The notes beneath the pieces were generated by a model, which was not told the DNA's origin, did not search any database, and saw only the letters and a program-made list of their open reading frames with translations. From Phallusia mammillata (Eukaryota), in assembly GCA_965637545.1 (NCBI GenBank), contig OZ281495.1, positions 23,498,001-23,562,000 on the forward strand: a stretch of DNA of 64,000 nt, written 5' to 3'. Of this stretch, positions 61,261 through 64,000 are shown piece by piece; position 1 is the first letter of the stretch, and each line of letters begins with the position of its first letter. A program made the translations under genes and the position numbers.

Positions 61261-64000
61261 TTATGTTTTTTCGGATCACTAATATTCAATAAATGCCCGA
61301 GAAACTCGAAAATAATTGCCTCGGTCGGTTTTTTAAGTAACGCGCTATCAGGAAGTGCTGTACTTTCGCTTTCAGAACAAATAACCGATTTTAGCAAATC
61401 AGCAAGTGAGAAGGTACCTTTGCCGGCCGCTGTGAGTAAACGCGAGTTTCTCAAGTTTTTAGTATTTTGTTTGTTTTCTGAGCCTTTAATTCAGCCGAGA
61501 GTAGAAAGTTTGACAAATACGGACTCGGCAAAGGGCAAGCGTAGAGGCAATAGAGAAAATAGTTTCTAATGGTCGCTTCTCAATAAAGTTTGTTGTAACA
61601 GGAGGTGGATCACTTTTTTATCATCGATAATTGACAGAAAAAGCTCTAAAGTTTGTGAATTTGATCATCAACTATGTTGTCGCGTTGCATTAAACCCACG
61701 CACGGATAAAGGATGTAAACAACCACGTACTTTTAATGAAACAAAAATAGCGCAATTTGGTGTTACGACGGCGAAATTTTTTTTTACTATTATGCTTTGT
61801 GTAAATTGCATCATACATCGGCCAATTTTCTATGTAATTAGGAGCAGATAAGCGAAAGTAATGTATAGTTCAGGCTGTGCGTGTAGATTTTATCCAATGA
61901 TCAGTTAAAGGATTAGGCGACCCTCGGTGCAAAAGGAAGACCCGGCGCTCCTAAAATTGGCTTTGCAGTTTGGCGGGTGACTATTTTGCTCTGGAACTTT
62001 GCTGGCATTTGAGTTTGTGGTTTGTGGTAAATCGACGAAGGCCATTAGGAGTTAATACCGACTCTTAGTTTGTTTTCCACTTGGTCAGCCAAGCACGTAG
62101 CTAGCTCGTGTTCTTGCTGACCCCTGACCCCATGCGCCGCTTTCTGTGGGGCTGACAAGTCTCCAAGGCGCCTTGTAGCAGCGGGATCCAAAAATAACTT
62201 TTCGACTGAAGCAACGCCAAAACGAGTCTAACAAAGTGTGACACTAAACGAAAATAATCGCAAAATGGCCGTGACCGTAAGTTCGAGGCTTAGGAAAAAT
62301 GCAACAGATTCCAGCGGCGTTTGCACTTTCAAATGTTGTTCGGGACGTTGAATTCGCTCCATTTACAAGTGACAATGCACTTGTGGCAAGTCAGAATGGC
62401 GCTCTGCAATGTAACACAAACTGAAACGAACCCTCGCTGCATGAGGTGGTCGTGGGAACGAAGATAATTTTGATCTTCCATAACGTTGCAGGATGACACG
62501 ACCCCTGTTATGCAGTAATACGTCTCGTCTCGAATCAACGTCAAATTGCTATTACTGGGGATTGGTAGAAGGTTGGCCGGACGTATTACCTTTAACGAAG
62601 CGTGTTGCCTTCTTGTCGGCCAATACCGAGGAATTGACAATAGCACTTATGGTCCAATGCGTCGTGCTGCGAAATCATAACCTTTTCATTATGCACCGCG
62701 ACCGAGTAAATACAAATAACAATGCAGCGACGCCAGACGCATTTGTGCGACGTCTTCGCGGTCGCGAATGCGCGCATTGTCCTCGCCACCTTGTTAAGTA
62801 ACCTAAAATTGTCGGCTCCAGGAAACGAATTCTGGATTTTTCTAAGGCGTCGTTGACATCGCCTGACGCGTGCTTCCGAGCCATTGAACGCTAACGCGCG
62901 CCATCGATTGTTTTTGCTCAACCGCAATCGCTTAAACGTGACTAACGACTGCCGATGGACGATGTTTATTCGACAACCGGGCCGATAAAGCTTAACCGAG
63001 CGTGTAAGCGCACACGAGCGACCCGGCCGGCGATTGCAATAAAGCAAAAGACAAATCTGTTTCCGTCCCGTCGCCTTGTGCTTTTCTGGGACGTTCGCTG
63101 CCCCGCGTGTCCAACGACGCGTTTCGCGTGTGCCCCATCAACTTGCCCTGACCCTGCTGACCGAACAACGAACCCAGTCTTATAACGCGCTTTGCGACGG
63201 GATCGCTGAAGCCACTTGTTCGGCAATGGTTTGACGCGGGTCGCGCTGGTTGATGACCCAAACTCGATAATTGGACTTCGATGGCCATCAATCACTCGCT
63301 TTTATAATACTTTGTGTGTAATGACAAGATTAACATTTACAGTTGAATGACGTCGATTCTGCGTCGAAGAAATGACGTCGAAGATTTAGTGCTTAGCGCA
63401 TTACTAAAAGGAAAATATTCTTAACCCGGCGCACTGAATTATCGACAAAGAATATAATTCTGTTTCGACACAGTGCAATAAAAAAAACTTTTTCTCCTAT
63501 AAATTCACCTTCAGGTTCGTATTTTTTGTCAAACTGGAGATTCAAGCCTTGTTACAAGCGAATTTTAAGATTTGTAATACGTTATGGATTCCAAATAATA
63601 AATAAAAGAGAACAAATGTTAGGTTTCAAAGCGTAAAAATTATCAAACCTTTCTTTTCGGTTTGAGTTTTGAAACGCTAAAAATGTATTTAGTAACTCCT
63701 TACACTCGTGTAATTTAAATTTGGCTTCGATTCTAGTACATTACAAATTTGTTTGGATTTTTTAAATAAAGCGTTGGTTTCTCATTGTGTCATTCGAATC
63801 GGACTTCAAGGGCATATTGGTCTCATTTAATGTCAGCTGTCATAAAAATTTCCAGAAACGCATAAAGACATGTCATAGCCAAACGAAAGTCCTACTTCGG
63901 AAACGGCTACGTTGACTCAAATATTGTTACTTTCACGTCCTTCTGGAAAAAGCATAAAATATTAACAGTCATCGCGAAGTAACAGTTATTGAAAAGCGAG

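Noticed and set aside
62118-62130. TGACCC-C-TGACCC direct repeat resembling a nuclear receptor DR1 site
   Set aside because: A single isolated match with no other support.

Overview
This is eukaryotic, intron-rich animal DNA: AT-rich, many introns of 55-200 nt, GT-AG boundaries. Gene content and compactness suggest an invertebrate chordate, most likely an ascidian; this taxon call is an inference. Gene order: (1) three tandem BTB-BACK-Kelch-like genes on +, of which copy 1 is only the 3' end, copy 2 has a broken splice acceptor and copy 3 is intact; (2) an Erg/Fli1-class ETS gene with PNT and ETS domains on -; (3) an unnamed ~281-aa coiled-coil gene on -, head-to-head with (4) a CCDC154-like gene on +; (5) an LRR-FN3 single-pass membrane protein gene on +, tail-to-tail with (6) Pax3/7 on -. 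Mobile DNA: two DINE-1/Helentron-like elements with ~158-bp tandem cores, at least five hAT-type MITEs (two with perfect 8-bp TSDs), a 5'-truncated Tx1/L1-type LINE with a perfect 15-bp TSD, and an adjacent tRNA-derived SINE-like segment bounded by the same motif. The best leads are: the mosaic Kelch array with near-identical Cul3-binding ends and divergent substrate-binding ends; the repeated target motif around the SINE and LINE; a duplicated promoter-like block now pointing into the 3' end of Erg; and candidate autoregulatory motifs for Erg and Pax3/7. All exon boundaries, identities and counts were derived by hand and need computational confirmation. No CRISPR array, rRNA gene or intact tRNA gene was seen.
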